Numbered from the stretch's first letter, positions 1 to 11,013 are shown. The stretch: 64,000 nucleotides of DNA from Gallionellaceae bacterium UBA2239 (GCA_002347615.1 DDYH01000022.1:1578-65577); one strand, 5' to 3'. The notes: generated by a model not told the origin, from the sequence alone. Program-made: numbers and translations.

Positions 1-315
1 GCCGGCGCTTTTCACCAGTTCCTTGAGGGCGGCATCCTTGGGGACGAATTCGGCTTTCTCCACCCCCTTCGTCTGGCGCAGGCGCTGGGCGAGTTCCGCC
101 GCATCCGCCTGGCTGGCGCTGCCCTGGAGGAACAGGGTGATCTGGGATTCGCTCTCCACGCCGGCAAACTGGCGCAGGTTGTCGATCACCGCGTAGAGGC
201 CGGCGGGAAGGCTCAGGGTGACGCCGATCACCAGGGCGGTCAGCAGGTTGGTCGGGCGGAACAGGCGGCCCAGGGCCTGGAGGAAGGTGTGCCAGTGGAT
301 GGAAACCAGGTTCAT
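1..315 (-). CDS. ftsX: Cell division permease FtsX, N-terminal part (gene continues beyond window start)
   Basis: Reverse-strand ATG at 315 overlaps the ftsE stop (ATGA). My translation [41 protein letters not shown]... fits the FtsX N-terminus, and the order is ftsY-ftsE-ftsX. Confidence 0.7.
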   Translation of the reverse strand, partial: MNLVSIHWHTFLQALGRLFRPTNLLTALVIGVTLSLPAGLYAVIDNLRQFAGVESESQITLFLQGSASQADAAELAQRLRQTKGVEKAEFVPKDAALKELVKSAG

Positions 316-965
316 GGCCGCATTTCCCCCTGCTGCAGGGTCAACACCCTTGCCGGCAGTCTGTTGATGAGGTGCTCGTCGTGGGTGGCGATGACCACCG
401 TCACCCCCACCTGGTGGAAGGCGCGGAACATCTCGATGATGCCGTTGGCGTAGTCCGGGTCCAGGTTGCCGGTAGGCTCGTCGGCCAGCAGGATGGCGGG
501 GCGGTTGACGATGGCGCGGGCGATGCACACCCGTTGCTGCTCACCGCCGGAAAGGGTGACGGGGCGGGCCTTTTCCCGCTCCAGCAGGCCCACCTTGTCC
601 AGGGCGGCGCGCACCCGCTTGGCCGCCTCGGCGTGGGGAAAGCCGCTGATCTGGAGGGGCAGGGCCACGTTGTCGAACACCGTGCGGTCGTAGAGCAGCT
701 TGTGGTCCTGGAAGATCAGGCCCAGGTTGCGGCGCAGGTAGGGGATGGCGGAGCGGCGCAGCTTGCTCACGTTCTGGCCATTCACCACCACGCTGCCGCT
801 GGTGGGGCGCTCGATGGCGGCGATGAGGTTGAGCAGGGTGGATTTGCCGGCGCCGGTGTGGCCGGTGATGACGGCCATCTCGCCCTTGGCGATTTCGAAG
901 CTGAGGTCGCGCAGGGCCTGGTGGCCGCCGCGGTAGCTTTTGCTCACCCCGTCGAAGCTGATCAT
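312..965 (-). CDS. ftsE: Cell division ATP-binding protein FtsE
   Basis: 217 aa ABC ATPase with Walker [10 protein letters not shown], signature LSGGEQQR and Walker B ILLADEPT. Lies between ftsY and ftsX. Confidence 0.9.
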   Translation of the reverse strand: MISFDGVSKSYRGGHQALRDLSFEIAKGEMAVITGHTGAGKSTLLNLIAAIERPTSGSVVVNGQNVSKLRRSAIPYLRRNLGLIFQDHKLLYDRTVFDNVALPLQISGFPHAEAAKRVRAALDKVGLLEREKARPVTLSGGEQQRVCIARAIVNRPAILLADEPTGNLDPDYANGIIEMFRAFHQVGVTVVIATHDEHLINRLPARVLTLQQGEMRP

Positions 966-1918
966 TCGAACAGGGCGTCCACGAACTCGGCGGCGACAAA
1001 GGGATGCAAATCCTCCTGCTTCTCCCCGACGCCGATGAAGCGCACCGGCACCGGCCGGGTCTTGGCGATGGCGGCGATCATGCCGCCCTTGGCGGTGCCG
1101 TCCAGCTTGGTCAGCGCCAGGCCGGTGACGCCCAGGGCGTCGTCGAAGGCCTTTACCTGGGCGAGGCCGTTCTGGCCGGTGTTGGAATCCAGCACCAGCA
1201 GCACCTCGTGGGGCGCGCTGGGGTCGGCCTTGGCGATGACGCGGTGAATCTTTTTCAGCTCCTCCATCAGGTGGAGCTGGGTCGGCAGCCGGCCGGCGGT
1301 GTCCGCCAGCACGATGTCGATGCCCTTGGCCCGGGCGGAATGGATGGCGTCGAAAATCACCGCCGCCGCATCGTTGCCTTCCTGCATGATCACCGGCACG
1401 TTGTTGCGCTCGCCCCAGGCCGCCAGCTGCTCCCGGGCGGCCGCCCGGAAGGTGTCGCCGGCGGCCAGCAGCACCGACTTGCCCTCGTCCTGGAAGCGGC
1501 GCGCCAGCTTGCCGATGGTGGTGGTCTTGCCGGCCCCGTTCACCCCCGCCAGCATGATGACGAAGGGCTTGTGGGTCGTGACGTCCAGGGGCTTTTCCAG
1601 GGGCGCGAGGAGGTCCAGCAGAGATTGTCGCAGGGTCGTCTTGAGCTGGCCCGCGTCCTCCAGGCGCTCTTTTTTCACCCGCTGGCGCAGGTCGTTCAGA
1701 AGGTATTCGGTGGCCGCCACCCCCACGTCGGAGGTGAGCAGGATGGTTTCCAGTTCCTCGTACAGCTCGTCGTCGATCTTGGCGTGGCTGCCGAACAGTT
1801 CGGATACCGGCCGGTTGAGCTGCTCCCGGGTGCGGGACAGGCCCTGCTTGAGGCGGGCGATCCAGCCTGCGGAAGGGGCGTCAGTGGGCTTTTTGTCGGA
1901 TTTGAGGAAACTCAGCAT
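962..1918 (-). CDS. ftsY: Signal recognition particle receptor FtsY
   Basis: SRP-GTPase NG-domain motifs [15 protein letters not shown] and TKLD. Stop overlaps the ftsE start. Confidence 0.9.
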   Translation of the reverse strand: MLSFLKSDKKPTDAPSAGWIARLKQGLSRTREQLNRPVSELFGSHAKIDDELYEELETILLTSDVGVAATEYLLNDLRQRVKKERLEDAGQLKTTLRQSLLDLLAPLEKPLDVTTHKPFVIMLAGVNGAGKTTTIGKLARRFQDEGKSVLLAAGDTFRAAAREQLAAWGERNNVPVIMQEGNDAAAVIFDAIHSARAKGIDIVLADTAGRLPTQLHLMEELKKIHRVIAKADPSAPHEVLLVLDSNTGQNGLAQVKAFDDALGVTGLALTKLDGTAKGGMIAAIAKTRPVPVRFIGVGEKQEDLHPFVAAEFVDALFE

Positions 1919-2031
1919 CGGGATGGAAGTCGGAGGATAGGCGGCCCCGGCCGCCTTTAAGGCTATAATTCTATCCCGATTGCCGGTTGGCGGCTACCCG
2001 CGCCGCCGGCCCGAATCCACAAGAGGTCAAC

Positions 2032-3405
2032 ATGCCCAGCCCCCGTATTTCCTGCCTTTTCGGCGTTCTTTTCGCCGCATTCGCCGCCGCCGCCGGCGCC
2101 GCCACTTTCGACCGCACCCTGCCCAACGGCCTCAAGGTCATCGTCAAGGAAGACCGCCGCGCCCCGGTGGTGGCGTCCCAGGTATGGTACAAGGCCGGCA
2201 GCATCGACGAGCACGACGGCACCACCGGCGTCGCCCACGTGCTGGAGCACATGATGTTCAAGGGCACCAGGAGCCTGGGCCCCGGGGAGTTCTCCAAGAT
2301 CGTCTCCGCCGCCGGGGGGCGGGAGAATGCCTTCACCTCCCACGACTACACCACCTATTTCGAACAGTTCGAGAAGTCCAAGCTGCCCCTGGCCTTCCGC
2401 CTGGAAGCCGACCGGATGCACAACCTGAACCTGTCCGACGCCGAGTTCGCCAAGGAGATCCGGGTGGTGATGGAGGAGCGCCGCTGGCGCACCGACGACA
2501 AGCCCCAGTCCCTGGTCTACGAGCAGACCCTGGCCGCCGCCTTCCAGGCTCACCCCTACCGCCGCCCGGTGGTGGGCTGGATGGACGACCTGGAGCACAT
2601 GACCGGCAACGACGCCCGGGACTGGTACCAGCGCTGGTACGCCCCCAACAACGCGGTGCTGGTGGTGGTGGGCGACGTGAAGGCGGAGGAGGTGTTCAAG
2701 CTGGCCCAGAAGCATTTCGGCCCCCTCAAGCCCCATCCCCTGCCGGCCCGCAAGCCCCAGGACGAGCCCGGGCAACTGGGCATCAAGCGGGTCACGGTCA
2801 AGGCCCCGGCCAAGCTGCCCTACCTGCTGATGGCCTACCACGCCCCCGCCCTGCGCAACGTGGAGCAGGACAGCGACCCTTACGCCCTGGAAATGCTGGC
2901 CGGCATCCTGGACGGCAGCCCGGCGGCCCGCCTCAACAAGGCCCTGGTGCGGGAGCAGCAGGTGGCGAGCGAAGTGGGGGCCGGCTACGACGCCGTGGCC
3001 CGGGGGCCGTCCACCTTCCTGATCGAAGGCACCCCCAGCGAAGGCAAGACCGTGGCCGACCTGGAGGCCGCCATCCGCGCCGAGGTGGAGCGCATCCAGC
3101 GGGACGGCGTGACCGAAGAGGAGCTGGCCCGGGTGCGCTCCCAGGTGGTGGCGGCCAAGGTGTTCCAGCAGGATTCCATGTTCTACCAGGGGATGCTGAT
3201 CGGCCAGATGGAACTGTCCGGCCTGTCCTACAAGGACATCGACGCCCGCCTCGCCAAGCTCCGGCAGGTGACCGCCGAGCAGGTGCAGGACGCGGCCCGC
3301 CGCTACTTGGTGGACGACAGCCTCACCGTGGGCACCCTGGACCCCCAGCCTTTGGACCAGAAGAAACCGGTTGCACCGCCGAAAGGGCTACGCCATGACA
3401 TGTAA
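2032..3405 (+). CDS. M16 family zinc peptidase (catalytic subunit type)
   Basis: HxxEH motif in AHVLEHMMFKG. Signal-peptide-like start MPSPRISCLFGVLFAAFAAAAGAA. The ATG at 2032 is preferred over the track start at 1987. Confidence 0.8.
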   Translation: MPSPRISCLFGVLFAAFAAAAGAATFDRTLPNGLKVIVKEDRRAPVVASQVWYKAGSIDEHDGTTGVAHVLEHMMFKGTRSLGPGEFSKIVSAAGGRENAFTSHDYTTYFEQFEKSKLPLAFRLEADRMHNLNLSDAEFAKEIRVVMEERRWRTDDKPQSLVYEQTLAAAFQAHPYRRPVVGWMDDLEHMTGNDARDWYQRWYAPNNAVLVVVGDVKAEEVFKLAQKHFGPLKPHPLPARKPQDEPGQLGIKRVTVKAPAKLPYLLMAYHAPALRNVEQDSDPYALEMLAGILDGSPAARLNKALVREQQVASEVGAGYDAVARGPSTFLIEGTPSEGKTVADLEAAIRAEVERIQRDGVTEEELARVRSQVVAAKVFQQDSMFYQGMLIGQMELSGLSYKDIDARLAKLRQVTAEQVQDAARRYLVDDSLTVGTLDPQPLDQKKPVAPPKGLRHDM

Positions 3406-3440
3406 CAAGCGTGAACCAAGCTTGAATTACGGTGGGATTT

Positions 3441-3481
3441 CCCTCTCCCCCAGCCCCTCCCCCACCTGCGGGGGAGGGGAG
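3441..3481. repeat. GC-rich palindromic repeat, family 1 (CCCCTCCCCC-N6-GGGGGAGGGG hairpin)
   Basis: ccctctcccccagcccctcccccacctgcgggggaggggag is the near-exact reverse complement of the repeat inside hrpA at about 56930-56968. It lies in the 220-bp spacer between the two M16 genes. Confidence 0.7.
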
Positions 3482-3625
3482 TTGAGCGCGGTGGAGCGGA
3501 ACGGAAACCCTCCCCCGTCCCGCCATGATCGTTGCGAAGCAGCGGGCACTTGGCGAGGATACCCCTTGCGGGTGCAGGGGGAGGCTGCGCGACGGCGCGC
3601 GAGAGGGAACAACGGCGGCAGGGGC

Positions 3626-4933
3626 ATGATCGGCATGATCGGTCTCGCCGTCTTTGGCCTGCTGCTGTCCGCCGCCGCCCACGCCGCCCTGCCGATCCAG
3701 CACTGGACCACCGCCAACGGCGTCCGCGTCTACTTCGTGGAAAGCCATGAGCTGCCCATGCTCGACGTCAGCGTCGAGTTCGCCGCCGGCAGCGCCTTCG
3801 ACACGCCGGAGAAAAGCGGCCTCGCCGGCCTCACTCGCCACATGCTGTCCCTGGGGGCCGGCGGCCTGTCGGAGGACGACATCGCCAAGGGGCTGGCGGA
3901 CGTGGGCGCCAACCTGGGGGGCGGCTTCGACCGGGACCGGGGCGGTTATTCGCTGCGCACCCTGAGCAGCGCCAAGGAGCGGGGCCAGGCCCTGTCCATC
4001 CTGGCGAAAATTGTCCAGCAGCCGGACTTTTCCGCTGCCGTGCTGGAGCGGGAAAAGAACCGCCTGGTGGCTGGCCTCAAGGAAGAGGACACCCGGCCGG
4101 AAGGCATCGTCGCCAAGAACTTTTTCCGCCTGCTCTACGGCAGCCACCCCTACGCCCTGCATCCCGGGGGCCGGGTGGAAACCGTGCAGTCCCTCGGCCG
4201 GGAAGACCTGACGGCGTTCTACCGCGCCCACTACACCGGCGCCAACGCGGTGGTGAGCCTGATCGGCGACATCAGCCGGGCCGAGGCGGAAGCCATCGCC
4301 CGGGAACTGGCCGGCGCCCTGCCGGCGGGCAGCGGGCGAAGCCAGGTCCCCCCGGTCGCCCCCCCGGTCAAAGGAGAAACCCGGGTCTTGCCCCACCCCG
4401 CCAAGCAGAGCCACATTCTGATGGGCACCGTCGGCGTGCGCCGGGGCGACCCGGACTACTTTCCCCTCTTCGTCGGCAACCACGTGCTGGGCGGGGGCGG
4501 CTTCACCTCCCGCTTGATGCAGGAGGTGCGGGAAAAGCGCGGCCTGGCCTATAGCGTCTACAGCTACTTCGAGCCCCTGCGGCGGGAGGGGCCCTATACC
4601 CTGGGCCTCCAGACCAAACGGGAGCAGACCGAGGAAGGCCGGGAACTGGCCCGCCGCACCCTGGCCGAATTCGTCGCCGCCGGCCCCACCGCGGAGGAAC
4701 TGCAGAAGGCCAAGCAGAACATCATCCTCGGCTTTCCCCTGCGCATCGACAGCAACGCCAAGATCATCGGCTACCTGTCCATGATCGGCTTCTACGACCT
4801 GCCCCTGACCTACCTGGAGGACTTCGTGAAAGAAGTGGAAAAGGTGGACGTGAAGGCGGTGAAGGACGCCTACGGCCGGCGCATCCACCCGGACAAGCTG
4901 GTGACGGTGGTGGTGGGCGGCGAGGGGAAATAA
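3626..4933 (+). CDS. M16 family peptidase, non-catalytic partner type
   Basis: M16 fold pattern but no HxxEH (GLTRHMLSLGAGG instead). Signal peptide MIGMIGLAVFGLLLSAAAHAA. The upstream part of the track ORF (from 3371) only translates the repeat element, so the start is placed at 3626. Confidence 0.75.
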   Translation: MIGMIGLAVFGLLLSAAAHAALPIQHWTTANGVRVYFVESHELPMLDVSVEFAAGSAFDTPEKSGLAGLTRHMLSLGAGGLSEDDIAKGLADVGANLGGGFDRDRGGYSLRTLSSAKERGQALSILAKIVQQPDFSAAVLEREKNRLVAGLKEEDTRPEGIVAKNFFRLLYGSHPYALHPGGRVETVQSLGREDLTAFYRAHYTGANAVVSLIGDISRAEAEAIARELAGALPAGSGRSQVPPVAPPVKGETRVLPHPAKQSHILMGTVGVRRGDPDYFPLFVGNHVLGGGGFTSRLMQEVREKRGLAYSVYSYFEPLRREGPYTLGLQTKREQTEEGRELARRTLAEFVAAGPTAEELQKAKQNIILGFPLRIDSNAKIIGYLSMIGFYDLPLTYLEDFVKEVEKVDVKAVKDAYGRRIHPDKLVTVVVGGEGK

Positions 4934-4995
4934 ACAAAATTAATCCAGTCGGGTATTATCTTATATAAGACTTACTGTATTAGCGGGTTATAATA

Positions 4996-6047
<1,052 letters not shown>

Positions 6048-6058
6048 TTAATTATTAA

Positions 6059-6328
<270 letters not shown>

Positions 6329-6350
6329 GCGCGTCTTGCGGAAAACAAAA

Positions 6351-6385
6351 GGCCCGGCGGGTTCCCCCGCCGGGCCTTTTGTTTT
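6351..6385. terminator. Rho-independent terminator, potentially bidirectional
   Basis: ggcccggcgg-gttccc-ccgccgggcc stem-loop, flanked by an A-tract upstream and ttttgtttt downstream. Confidence 0.65.
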
Positions 6386-6477
6386 GGGGCTTCTGTTTCT
6401 ACAGCTTCAACGTTTGAATTCACCGGCTGGCCGCGCTTTTCGGCCAGTCCGGTGGAATGATGGGTTGGGTTTCACAA

Positions 6478-6913
6478 TTACTTACCCAATAGCCCGGACA
6501 TTGCAGCAAACACAAAGACAACTGCAACAACTGCACCGGCAATAACGGCAAGCCCTGACCGAAACAGCGAGTCGGTGCCAAGCTTTAATTCGGTAGCCTT
6601 TTCGGCTCGATATTTCAACACTGCGACGACACAAATAACCAAGCCAACCACGAGCGGTGCGACAGGGTTGAACCGAGATTATCCATTAGGACGCGAGATG
6701 ATGGCGAGGTGGGTTGCGAGACAGTTTCGTTGCTTGCGAGGAGTTCATGGTTATTCCATGGACGACGAACAAGCGGCAAAAATGGCCGCAAACCGACCGC
6801 CAGCGCTCGCGTAGGCGCGAAGCGCCGCCTAATGGATAATCTGGGTTGAACATGACGGTAAGGATCACGCTTAGAAAGAACAGCACTATCGGTATAAGAA
6901 CATTCTTGTTCAT
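6478..6913 (-). pseudogene. Small multi-TM membrane protein gene interrupted by a MITE-like insertion
   Basis: MNKNVLIPIVLFFLSVILTVMFN (6913-6845) continues in frame as PVAPLVVGLVICVVAVLKYRAEKATELKLGTDSLFRSGLAVIAGAVVAVVFVFAAMSGLLGK* (6666-6478) once 6667-6844 is removed. Confidence 0.45.
6667..6851. mobile_element. MITE-like element with about 24-bp terminal inverted repeats
   Basis: Left end gttgaaccgagattatccattagg (6667-6690). Reverse complement of the right end (6828-6851) is gttcaacccagattatccattagg. gttgaac occurs at both ends. A 31-nt identical right-end fragment recurs at 59907-59937. Confidence 0.5.
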
Positions 6914-6942
6914 GGTGACCCTATGGCGATGCCCAACGTTAA

Positions 6943-8916
6943 TTAGGCCGCATTCGCCACCCGCCCCTGCCCCAGTTCCAGCGCATTCTCCAGGCTCCGC
7001 TGGATGATCTCCATCTCCCGCTGCTGCTTCTGCACCGCCGCTTCCATCTGCTTCAGCTCGTTCACCCGGTCCTCCAGGGTGCCGGTGGCCTTGTGGATGC
7101 GCTTGATGCTTTCCATGCGGCGGCGCAGTTGCAGCTGGTGCTCCCGCACCTGGGTTTCCATGGGGGCGATGAGGGCGCCGAGCCATTTCTCCACGTCCCG
7201 GTTGGCGGCCTCGAACACGCGCACCACCTGGTCGGCGACGGTTTCGAAGAACTTGTTGATGAGGGTGGATTTGTCGGTGTTCATCAGGTTGAAGGTGGAG
7301 CTGAAGTGCTCGTGGTAGATCTTCTCCATCTTGCCCACACGCTTCTGGTATTCCAGGGTGGAGAGGGGGGCGGGGGGGGCGAGGCTGATGCCGTGCTCTT
7401 CGTTGAACTTCTGGTAGATGGTGTCCATCATGGCCTTGATTTCGTCCACCCGTTCGGCGGAGAGGGCGACGCGGCGGTTGACCACCTTGAAGAAGGCGTC
7501 CATGGCCTCCCGCATGTTCTTGGTGAACAGGCTGCCCTGCATGGCGGCGCGGGTCTGCTCCGCCTCCCGCTTGACGGCGTCCAGGCCCAGGAGGGTGAAC
7601 AGGCCCTGGCTCTGCTGGGTGAAGACGTTGCGCAGGGCCTGGAAGCGTTGCAGGCCCTTGTCGAAATCCTCCTTCTCCCGGTCCACCTTTTCCATCATGT
7701 GCAGGATCACTTCCTGGTTCTTGTCCCGCAGGCCGTTGAGCTCGTCGGCCTGCTCGCGGATGGCGCCGAGGCGGGTTTGAAGAATGGTGTGGGTGGCGGC
7801 GAGGATGTCTTCGGCCTCGGTGCGGGTGTTGTCCCGCACGATTTCCCGCTTGGAGGGGATGAGTTCTTCCGACAGGGCCCGCTCCAGTTCCGGCAGGCGG
7901 CTCTTGGCCAGGAGGGCGTCGTCGTGGTTGATCTTGGCCACCAGGGCCTTCTGGGCGGAAACCGGGTACACCTGGGAGCTTTGCAGTCCCAGCAGCTCGG
8001 CGCATTTCGCCGCCTGCTGGGCGATGTCGGCGTCGATTTCCGCCGGCTGCTTGAGGTCGTCCCACAGGCCGTCTATCTTGTTCAGCACCACCAGCCGGCC
8101 CTTTTGCCGCCCCTGGAGGTTGCCGATATGGTTGCGCCAGACCTCGATGTCGCTTTTGGTGACGCCGGTGTCGGCGGCGAGGATGAACAGGATGGCGTGG
8201 GCGTTGGGCAGCAGGTTGAGGGTCAGCTCCGGCTCGGTGCCGATGGCGTTGAGGCCGGGGGTGTCCAGGATCACCAGCCCCTGTTGCAGCAGGGGGTGGG
8301 GGAAGTTGATCACCGCATGGCGCCAGCAGGGAATTTCCACCTGCCCTTCGGCGTCCACCGTGAGCAGTTGGAATTCGTCGTCCGGGCTGTAGAGGCCGTA
8401 GCGGGCGGCCTCCTCCGCCGTCACCCGCTTGGTCAGGCTCACCTGCTTGAAGGCCTCGGCCATGGCGGCCCGGGAGTCGATGTCCAGGGGCAGCACCTTC
8501 CACTCGTCGGCGTGGCGCTTGTAGTTGGACGTGGTGGTGTGGGTGGCGCGGGTTTCGATGGGCAGGAGCTGGATGCAGGGGGGCTGGTCGGCGTCGTACA
8601 ACAGCTCGGTGGGGCACATGGTGGTGCGGCCGGCGCTGGAGGGCAGCAGGCGCTGCTTGTAGTCGGCGAAGAAGACGGCGTTGATGAGCTCCGACTTGCC
8701 CCGGGAGAATTCGGCCACGAAGGCCACGTAGAGCTTGTCGTCCCGCAGGCGGTCCAGCATGTGCTGGATGCGCAGGTCGATCTGGGCGTCGCTGAGCTGC
8801 TGCTCGGCGAGCCAGTTGCGCAGGTCGATCAGCCCCCCGGACAGGTTGGCGCGCCAGGCGCTGTAAGCCTCGAATTGGGCGACCAGATCATTGTTTTGCA
8901 TGGTTGCGAGCGCCAT
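6943..8916 (-). CDS. Bacterial dynamin-like GTPase family protein
   Basis: 657 aa. P-loop-like AEFSRGKSELINA, then DTPG (LDTPGLNA) and LNKID motifs. Long coiled-coil-like C-terminal half. Confidence 0.75.
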   Translation of the reverse strand: MALATMQNNDLVAQFEAYSAWRANLSGGLIDLRNWLAEQQLSDAQIDLRIQHMLDRLRDDKLYVAFVAEFSRGKSELINAVFFADYKQRLLPSSAGRTTMCPTELLYDADQPPCIQLLPIETRATHTTTSNYKRHADEWKVLPLDIDSRAAMAEAFKQVSLTKRVTAEEAARYGLYSPDDEFQLLTVDAEGQVEIPCWRHAVINFPHPLLQQGLVILDTPGLNAIGTEPELTLNLLPNAHAILFILAADTGVTKSDIEVWRNHIGNLQGRQKGRLVVLNKIDGLWDDLKQPAEIDADIAQQAAKCAELLGLQSSQVYPVSAQKALVAKINHDDALLAKSRLPELERALSEELIPSKREIVRDNTRTEAEDILAATHTILQTRLGAIREQADELNGLRDKNQEVILHMMEKVDREKEDFDKGLQRFQALRNVFTQQSQGLFTLLGLDAVKREAEQTRAAMQGSLFTKNMREAMDAFFKVVNRRVALSAERVDEIKAMMDTIYQKFNEEHGISLAPPAPLSTLEYQKRVGKMEKIYHEHFSSTFNLMNTDKSTLINKFFETVADQVVRVFEAANRDVEKWLGALIAPMETQVREHQLQLRRRMESIKRIHKATGTLEDRVNELKQMEAAVQKQQREMEIIQRSLENALELGQGRVANAA

Positions 8917-8984
8917 CCCCTTGATGCGGAGAAGTTTACCTTGGGGAGGTTAAAAATCAATGAAAATGTCATGAAAAGGCATTT

Positions 8985-9066
8985 CGCCGCCAAGACGCCA
9001 AGGACGCCAAGAAAAACCGATTCATTCAGATAAGCAGTTCTTGGCGCTCTTGGCGTCTTGGCGGCT
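8985..9066. repeat. Palindromic intergenic repeat, family 2 (GCCGCCAAGACGCCAAG.../...CTTGGCGTCTTGGCGGC)
   Basis: Arms cgccgccaagacgccaaggacgccaagaa and ttcttggcgctcttggcgtcttggcggc are reverse complements. Located just 3' of the mutM stop. Confidence 0.75.
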
Positions 9067-9074
9067 AAAGTCTT

Positions 9075-9890
9075 TCAGCTTTGGCACTTCGGGCAATAGA
9101 AGGTGGAGCGCTGCCCCTGCCTGATGGCCCGGATGGCCGTGCCGCAAACCCGGCAGGGCTGGCCTTCCCGTCCGTAGACGAAATACTGCTGGGGAAAGTA
9201 GCCCGGGTTGCCGGACGGATCGACGAAATCCCGCAGGGTGCTGCCCCCGGCGGCGATGGATTGCTCCAGGGTTTCCCGCACGGTGTGGGCCAGGCGCGCG
9301 CAGCGTTTCGGGCCCAGCTTGCGGGCCGGGGTGCGGGGGTCGATGCCGGCGCGGAACAGGGCCTCGTTGGCGTAGATGTTGCCCACCCCCACCACCAGCT
9401 TGCCGTCCATCAAAACTTGTTTAATCGCGGCCTGGCGCTTGCGGGTCAGGGCGTGGAGCAGTTTGCCGTCGAAGGCTTCATCCAGGGGTTCCACCCCCAG
9501 CCCGGCCAGCAGGGGATGGGCGAAAACGTCCCCGGTCGCCCACACCACCGCGCCGAAGCGCCGCGGGTCCCGCAGCCGCAGGCAATGGCCGTCCTCCAGC
9601 ACCAGGTCGAAGTGGTCGTGCTTTTCCGCCGGGGCGGCGGCGGGTAGCACCCGCAGGCTGCCGGACATGCCCAGGTGCAGGATCAGCCAGCCGGTCTCGC
9701 ACTCCAGCAGCAGGTATTTGCCCCGGCGGGCGACGCTTTTCACCCTCTGGCCGGCGAGGGTCGCCCCCAGGTCGTTTGGAATGGGGTGGCGCAGGCGGCC
9801 GTTGCGGATCACCGCGCCGGCGATGCGCCGGCCCGCCAGGTGGGGCTCCAGGCCCCGGCGAGTGACTTCGACTTCGGGCAGTTCGGGCAT
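9075..9890 (-). CDS. mutM: Formamidopyrimidine-DNA glycosylase
   Basis: N-terminal MPELPEVE. C-terminal zinc finger CRVCGTAI...YCPKCQ. 271 aa. Confidence 0.9.
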   Translation of the reverse strand: MPELPEVEVTRRGLEPHLAGRRIAGAVIRNGRLRHPIPNDLGATLAGQRVKSVARRGKYLLLECETGWLILHLGMSGSLRVLPAAAPAEKHDHFDLVLEDGHCLRLRDPRRFGAVVWATGDVFAHPLLAGLGVEPLDEAFDGKLLHALTRKRQAAIKQVLMDGKLVVGVGNIYANEALFRAGIDPRTPARKLGPKRCARLAHTVRETLEQSIAAGGSTLRDFVDPSGNPGYFPQQYFVYGREGQPCRVCGTAIRAIRQGQRSTFYCPKCQS

Positions 9891-9908
9891 GTTTTATAAA
9901 CTCTATCT

Positions 9909-9982
9909 CGCCGCCAAGACGCCAAGGGCGCCAAGACTTCTTCAACAACCCGGCGAAGGCTTTCTCTTGGCGTCCTGGCGGC
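9909..9982. repeat. Palindromic intergenic repeat, family 2
   Basis: cgccgccaagacgccaagggcgccaaga ... tctcttggcgtcctggcggc, followed by taaaag as in the other copies. Confidence 0.7.
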
Positions 9983-10003
9983 TAAAAGGTTTTCAAGGAT
10001 GGT

Positions 10004-10813
10004 TCAGGGCTGAAGCAGGCGTGCTTTAAGTTCGGGCGGGAAGTGATACTGGAGCGCTTCATCCCGGCGCAGCAGGACGAAATCGGGCTGTTCCTGCAGC
10101 ACCGCCAGTTCGACGGTTTTCCCATCGGCCAAATGCAGGCTCAGGGTTTGCGTGGGTTCGCTGCCGTCGTAGGGCTGCACCAGCAGGGCGTAGGCGTTCT
10201 TCCACTGGTCGGCGTAGCGGTTGAGGGCGTCCTGGCCGAAGCGGGGGGCGTTCCAGTTGCCTTTGCCGTCCCGGGCGAGTTGCAGCCCCGGCAGGTCGAA
10301 GCCCGCGGGCTGCTCGTTGTCCGCCAGGAGCTTCTTGTCCGCCAGGTCGAAGGCCTTGGCGTAGGCGTCCGCCGCCAGCTGGGGGGCGATCAGGTAGACA
10401 CTGCCGCCGCTGGCGACGTACTGCTGCTGGGTGAGGGGGTTGAGGGCGCCGAAATCGAAGCGCTGGCCGCCCAGGGTGAGGCTCAACAAGGGGCGGTCCA
10501 GTTCGAAGCGGGCCAAATCGGTGGCGGGGAAGCGCTCGGTGGACGTGGCGGCGAGCAGGCCCAGCAGGCGCCCGATGCGGGCCTCGTCGGCCCGGGCGGC
10601 GAAGGGGGCGGTGACGCGCCAGCGGCCCCCGGTTTTTTCCAGCGTCATCGGGGGCTGGCCGGGTTTTTCGATGCGGATTTGCTTCACCGTCTCCGCCCTC
10701 AGGGAGGAGAGGGGATGGGCCGTTTCCCGGGGGGCCGGGTTGAGCCATGCCAGCGTCCCCAGCACCGCCACCACGGCGGACAGGAACAGGTTGAGCCAAA
10801 GGCGGGGCTTCAT
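10004..10813 (-). CDS. DUF4340-like protein, last gene of the GldG-type ABC cluster
   Basis: N-terminal TM segment, 269 aa. Position downstream of the GldG-like/ABC-2/ATPase genes is the usual DUF4340 context. Confidence 0.6.
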   Translation of the reverse strand: MKPRLWLNLFLSAVVAVLGTLAWLNPAPRETAHPLSSLRAETVKQIRIEKPGQPPMTLEKTGGRWRVTAPFAARADEARIGRLLGLLAATSTERFPATDLARFELDRPLLSLTLGGQRFDFGALNPLTQQQYVASGGSVYLIAPQLAADAYAKAFDLADKKLLADNEQPAGFDLPGLQLARDGKGNWNAPRFGQDALNRYADQWKNAYALLVQPYDGSEPTQTLSLHLADGKTVELAVLQEQPDFVLLRRDEALQYHFPPELKARLLQP

Positions 10814-10815
10814 TA

Positions 10816-10950
10816 TTGTCTACCCCCTCCCCATCCTCGCTGGGTTCTCGCCCTTGCAGGGCGACCAAGGCGGGAACGGGGGAGGGTTGGGGTGGGGGTG
10901 AATGCAATCAGCCCCCTCACCCCTGCCCTCTCCCGCGAGGGGAGAGGGAG
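10816..10950. repeat. GC-rich palindromic repeat, family 1 (two hairpin modules)
   Basis: Contains ccctctccc-gcga-ggggagaggg. 38 nt (10911-10948) are identical to hrpA 54822-54859. 10877-10895 is the exact reverse complement of hrpA 56886-56904. Confidence 0.8.
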
Positions 10951-11013
10951 CAAAACGGCTGGCGTGTTCAACTATTCGTGCCCATTCGTGTTAATTCGTG
11001 GCAAAAAGGGGTT

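Noticed and set aside
3371-3625. N-terminal extension of the second M16 peptidase as given by the ORF track.
   Set aside because: The extension merely translates the palindromic repeat (GGISLSPSPSPTCGGGELS...). A normal signal peptide starts at the internal ATG at 3626.
6686-9033. Very long ORFs overlapping the dynamin-like gene on both strands (6686-8617 minus, 7093-9033 plus). Similar giants lie opposite prs-pth (17198-19393), miaB (37667-39289), hrpA (54828-56924), panCB (45058-46761 extension), U32/fnr (61100-62704) and nosZ (62859-63809).
   Set aside because: Their translations are Arg/Pro/Gly/Ala-rich and low in complexity, with no motifs. They lie exactly antisense or out of frame to genes with clear family signatures. 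These are typical stop-codon-poor shadow frames of GC-rich DNA.
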